Source: Bacteriovoracia bacterium
GTDB taxonomy: Bacteria > Bdellovibrionota > Bacteriovoracia > Bacteriovoracales > Bacteriovoracaceae
DNA: 10,586 nucleotides
Direction: 5' to 3'
Assembly: GCA_046570105.1 (NCBI GenBank)
Contig: JBKHVI010000075.1
Location: 1-10,586, forward strand
In this document: one piece after another, positions 7,226 to 10,586 of the stretch
Numbering within the stretch: position 1 is the stretch's first letter
Layout: each line of letters begins with the position of its first letter
Translations under genes and position numbers: made by a program
The notes under the pieces: model-generated
What the model was told of the DNA's origin: nothing
What the model saw: the letters and a program-made list of their open reading frames with translations, nothing else
Database searches by the model: none

Positions 7226-8052
7226 GAGATTTTCAATTTAAGGCCATCAAAGAGAGTGAGCGTTTACAGGATGCTCTCACTCGGGTCACCAAATATCCCC
7301 CCGACGTTCTAACGGCGATGTTGAGCTATGGCGCTGTTCAAGTCCGCTTTCGTGGTATTGGTCCCTGGGAGCGAGTGCGCGATGGTCGCTTAAGTCTTCA
7401 TCCGCAAGATCAAGCGCGTGCTCACTACGACAGTAAAATTCTTTTATTGCCCGCCTTTAATAACGCTGAATGCATCAGCGAAAATCGTGACTATGGTGTA
7501 TGGATCAAACCAGCGGGTGTTGTTTCACAAGGCACTGATGCTGGCGACCACTGCTCGCTTCTTTATGCTGTTACAAAGGCGGGAAGAACTCCTTTCCCGG
7601 TTCATCGCCTTGATCGTGAAACTGAAGGTTTGATGGTTATTGCTTATCACTCAAAAGCTGCTGCTGAACTTTCGCGCTTGTTCCAAGAGCAGAAAGTCCA
7701 AAAAACATATCTCGCTATCGTCGCCGGCGACACTTCTGGCCTAAATGATCAAGGCCTTATCGATGAAAACCTTGATCGCAAAGTCGCTCAGACAAAATAC
7801 AAAGTGATTCAGAAACTTCCTGAGGGAAGACTTCTTGTAGAGCTCAAACCCATCACCGGGCGCCTTCACCAAATCCGTCGCCACCTCGATCTGTTAGGTT
7901 GTGGCGTCTGGGGTGATCCAAAGTACGGTAAGGGAAATAAGAACCGCGAAGGGATGAAATTGGCCGCCATTGGCCTCGAATTCTTTGATCCATGGGACAA
8001 AGGTCCACGTCATTTCCACTACAAGGCCAGCTTCGCTCTTTCTTCGACCTGA
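7222..8052 (+). CDS. RluA-family RNA pseudouridine synthase (276 aa)
   Basis: Motifs KPAGVVSQ, VHRLDRETEGL (catalytic Asp; HRLD at 7603-7614), KTYLAIV, TGRLHQIRRHL and GDPKYG. ATGA overlap with the upstream stop. Confidence 0.93.
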   Translation: MRDFQFKAIKESERLQDALTRVTKYPPDVLTAMLSYGAVQVRFRGIGPWERVRDGRLSLHPQDQARAHYDSKILLLPAFNNAECISENRDYGVWIKPAGVVSQGTDAGDHCSLLYAVTKAGRTPFPVHRLDRETEGLMVIAYHSKAAAELSRLFQEQKVQKTYLAIVAGDTSGLNDQGLIDENLDRKVAQTKYKVIQKLPEGRLLVELKPITGRLHQIRRHLDLLGCGVWGDPKYGKGNKNREGMKLAAIGLEFFDPWDKGPRHFHYKASFALSST

Positions 8053-8085
8053 AAGATTTACCCAAAATAGCAATTTATCACCGAA

Positions 8086-8127
8086 ATAGGCCTAAGACGG
8101 CCTATGGTGGGCCACCCAATCCATTGG
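8086..8127. repeat. Three adjacent short inverted repeats in the leader of the secreted-protein gene
   Basis: ATAGGCC-N6-GGCCTAT (8086-8105), GGTGG-G-CCACC (8106-8116), CCAAT-CC-ATTGG (8116-8127). The last overlaps the RBS GGAG (8126-8129). Confidence 0.55.
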
Positions 8128-8134
8128 AGTTTTG

Positions 8135-9643
8135 ATGATCGTGCGTAAATTTATCGCCGTTCTCACTTTAGGCCTTCTCTCGCTGAGCGCCGTAGCTGCT
8201 ATTTCAGAAGAGCACCTGGCCTCTCGTCTTAATGAACTAGAAAAAATTTCTGTGCTTGATCATGCTGCATTAAGAAGACAAGCGACTTATGAAATAAAGA
8301 ATTGGTCGATCGAAGAGCGCGCCTTCGCTGAAGCGACTAAGCTTTTAGAAGAACTGCGTTTTGCAGTTATACGTGGTCATGAACAGGCGTTGAGCGAATT
8401 AGGTGATGTAGATGCCGCTCGCGCTCAATTGCGCGCCAATATGGAAAAAGACATTCATCTAGTAGATGAAAGTCTGCGTGATGATGTTCGTCAGATTGTA
8501 GAAGATGTTCTGCAAAGTTCAACTCCTCAGTCTATTAAGCTTCATCCTACGGATCGCCTGGTGCAGTCAATGAAGGTGCGCGCAGCTCAGATGCAGACGC
8601 TCCTTACGCAAGCTCCACAAGAAGCAGTCGTGACCAATGAAAAATTAAGTGATTCTCGTCCTATTCGTGAACTTATGCAGGATAGATTTGGCGAGATTGA
8701 TCACGACAGTAAAGCGGCCCTGCTAAAAGCGTTAGTAGATGATCAAAGTCAGTCTGAGCGCTGGGTTTCAACTTCCAACATGACTGCTCGTTCGGCCAAT
8801 CAGCGTGGTTATGAGTCAGAGTTTTCTGCGCAAGTGTCAGCTGAATTCATGGGAGTGAGAGTTTCTGCCGGTCCAACTTTTAAATTCAAAAAATATGTCA
8901 CCACATCAGTTGATATGAAAGGTGAGGGTCTTTATCCTTTGTTTGATGCTCAAGGGAAATTCGATTTAGTTCTGCGTGACGCTGCCGGCAATCCACGTAA
9001 AATCGATGGAAAAACAGCACGTCGTTTCATCTTCTTCACTTGTGAAGTAGAAACGGAAGTAGAAAGTGAAATCGCTGCAGGCGGTGGCTTTAAAGTCGCG
9101 GGCCTGGGTGCTGAAGGAAAAGTTGTTGCGAAATATTTCACCAGTATCAGCTCTAACTCTCGTCGTGCGCTTGTTCCAAGCACGATTGATGGCCGTCAGG
9201 TGATCCTCTCGACATTGGCCAAGATTTGTCATCGTGATTTTATGAACACCAAAATCTCTAATGGCAAAACCGTGCTACAAAACCAAGAAGTGATGGTGAA
9301 AAATATCGCCTCTGGTCTCACTTATGTAAATCCAGCGATGAAATGTGTGACGGATAATCATTGCGTAAATTGGTTTAATCGCGAAGTCATTTGGCTTCAC
9401 AAGATCAACACCACACCTCGCTGTGTGCAGGATAAATCAAGTCCCGACCTGATGACCTGTCAGTTAAGAGGGGTCGCGAAAGCTGCTTGTTCGGTTTATC
9501 AAGAAGGCAAGCGCGTCTCTTCAGGCATGTTTGAGTACACCTGTAATACGGGTTACAAATGTGTCATCACTCATGAGGGCGGCTGGTTTCAAAATTGGGA
9601 AATGTGGGATCCGTGGCGCGCTGAATGCCGCAAAGTTCGATAA
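8135..9643 (+). CDS. Secreted hypothetical protein (502 aa): signal peptide, helical N-domain, beta-rich core, Cys/Trp-rich C-terminus
   Basis: GGAG at 8126-8129 then ATG 8135. Sec-type signal MIVRKFIAVLTLGLLSLSAVA|A. All 10 Cys lie in the C-terminal ~200 aa. Confidence 0.8.
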   Translation: MIVRKFIAVLTLGLLSLSAVAAISEEHLASRLNELEKISVLDHAALRRQATYEIKNWSIEERAFAEATKLLEELRFAVIRGHEQALSELGDVDAARAQLRANMEKDIHLVDESLRDDVRQIVEDVLQSSTPQSIKLHPTDRLVQSMKVRAAQMQTLLTQAPQEAVVTNEKLSDSRPIRELMQDRFGEIDHDSKAALLKALVDDQSQSERWVSTSNMTARSANQRGYESEFSAQVSAEFMGVRVSAGPTFKFKKYVTTSVDMKGEGLYPLFDAQGKFDLVLRDAAGNPRKIDGKTARRFIFFTCEVETEVESEIAAGGGFKVAGLGAEGKVVAKYFTSISSNSRRALVPSTIDGRQVILSTLAKICHRDFMNTKISNGKTVLQNQEVMVKNIASGLTYVNPAMKCVTDNHCVNWFNREVIWLHKINTTPRCVQDKSSPDLMTCQLRGVAKAACSVYQEGKRVSSGMFEYTCNTGYKCVITHEGGWFQNWEMWDPWRAECRKVR

Positions 9644-10291
9644 TCATTTAACCAGAGCAAGCCAGAGATCTTTAAGCGCCTGATCCATTTCCATTCCGGG
9701 TGGGCGCGTATTATCAAATACCAAATCGGCTTTTTTCTTCTTCTCATCTAACGAGAGTTGCGCCGATAAAATAGCATCAGCGGTACTCGCGGTGGTTAGC
9801 GGATCACGAGAGAGCAAACGCTGCTTTTGAATCTCAACTGGAACCCAGCTTACGACCACCACATCAAATAATTCCTGCATGTTTCTTTCAAATAGCAAGG
9901 GGATCTCATACACCAGCCACGAGACATTTCCTAAAGCTTTCAAGCGATCTTGAAACGCCTGAGGCAAGCGTGCATACAAGAAATTCTCCACTTCAACTTT
10001 CAAAGTTGCATCTTGAAAAACTTTTTCGCGCAATTTTGCAAATAACACTTCACCATTCTCCAAAACATCGGGAGCAAGGGCCGTCAGCCAAATTTTCGTC
10101 AATGGCCAGCGATAGATATCCTTAATCAAATCATCCGCAGAAATCACTGCCACGCCTTGCTCTTTAAAAAACTTGGCGACCGTTGATTTTCCCGAAGCGA
10201 TTCCACCCGTGAGTGCCACGATAGGGAAGTCACACCCATAAAGTCTGGCGGCCGCTTTTAATTTAATCCACTTCGGCTGCAGCTCACTCAT
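9644..10291 (-). CDS. coaE: Dephospho-CoA kinase (215 aa)
   Basis: VALTGGIASGKSTVA P-loop, ISADD, LREKVF, YEIPLLFE, QKQRLLSRD, AQLSLDEKKKKADLVFDN. Start at 10291 preferred because it gives an ATGA overlap with the mazG stop and is preceded by AAGGTGG. Confidence 0.94.
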   Translation of the reverse strand: MSELQPKWIKLKAAARLYGCDFPIVALTGGIASGKSTVAKFFKEQGVAVISADDLIKDIYRWPLTKIWLTALAPDVLENGEVLFAKLREKVFQDATLKVEVENFLYARLPQAFQDRLKALGNVSWLVYEIPLLFERNMQELFDVVVVSWVPVEIQKQRLLSRDPLTTASTADAILSAQLSLDEKKKKADLVFDNTRPPGMEMDQALKDLWLALVK

Positions 10292-10586
10292 TTGGTCGCC
10301 ACCTTCGCTTTGACCCATAACTCTTCCATCTGCTCATGAGTCATCTCGCCCATCTTAAGTCCGCTCTCTTCAGCGACTTTTTCCAGATAGTGATAGCGCT
10401 TTAAAAATTTCTGATTGCCACGACGAAGGGCCTCTTCCGGTTCAACGCCTAAGTGGCGGGAGAGTTGCGCGACACTGAAGAGTAAATCACCGATTTCTTC
10501 GGCCACTCGCTCTTTATTAAAATGCCCACCGGGTGGAAGCTCGTCTTTTAGCTCCTGCCACTCTTCTTCTACTTTATGCATGACCT
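10288..10586 (-). CDS. mazG: Nucleoside triphosphate pyrophosphohydrolase MazG, C-terminal part (5'-truncated by window edge)
   Basis: KVEEEWQEL...EEIGDLLFSVAQLSRHLGVEPEEALRRGNQKFLKRY...MEELWVKAK matches the C-terminal MazG domain. The frame is open to the window edge. Confidence 0.92.
   Translation of the reverse strand, partial: VMHKVEEEWQELKDELPPGGHFNKERVAEEIGDLLFSVAQLSRHLGVEPEEALRRGNQKFLKRYHYLEKVAEESGLKMGEMTHEQMEELWVKAKVATK

Noticed and set aside
8057..8087. Sigma-28 promoter (ACCGAAAT as -10) upstream of the secreted-protein gene
   Set aside because: Only a partial match to GCCGATAA, and no TAAA at the 15-nt spacing.
8086..8105. Intrinsic terminator for the rluA-family gene
   Set aside because: A 7-bp stem is present but there is no U-tract on the + strand.
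431..9232. Short alternative-frame and antisense ORFs of 62-105 aa (e.g. 431-664, 3006-3317, 3812-4069, 4998-5315, 8950-9183)
   Set aside because: All lie largely or wholly within well-supported genes and show no recognisable motifs. They are treated as shadow ORFs.
10292..10318. coaE start at 10318 as given in the ORF track
   Set aside because: It would overlap mazG by 31 nt. ATG 10291 gives the usual ATGA coupling and has an SD-like sequence.
1..10586. CRISPR arrays, IS/prophage genes, tRNA/rRNA, defence island
   Set aside because: No spaced direct repeats, transposase or integrase motifs, RNA gene structures or visible composition shift. The mazG fragment looks like the housekeeping type, next to coaE.

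Overview
Chromosomal window with no mobile element, CRISPR array or RNA gene. It starts inside a flagellar operon on the + strand: flhA (5'-truncated), flhF-like, flhG/fleN-like and fliA, closed by an intrinsic terminator. Next come a 761-aa two-TM protein with a PAS-like domain and long coiled coil (chemoreceptor-like layout), coupled to an RluA-family pseudouridine synthase, and a secreted Cys/Trp-rich 502-aa protein. The window ends with convergent coaE and a truncated mazG on the - strand. Gene style suggests a Bdellovibrionota/deltaproteobacteria-like predator (inference only). Main observations: (1) FlhF is an intact ORF with all five GTPase motifs degenerate, and its partner FlhG lacks the DQAxxLR activator helix, suggesting a GTPase-independent polar flagellum placement module. 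(2) The flhG leader is structured and GGA-rich, like a CsrA target. (3) The chemoreceptor-like protein lacks the conserved signalling tip. (4) The secreted protein has two similar amphipathic beta-hairpins, making it a candidate pore-former.
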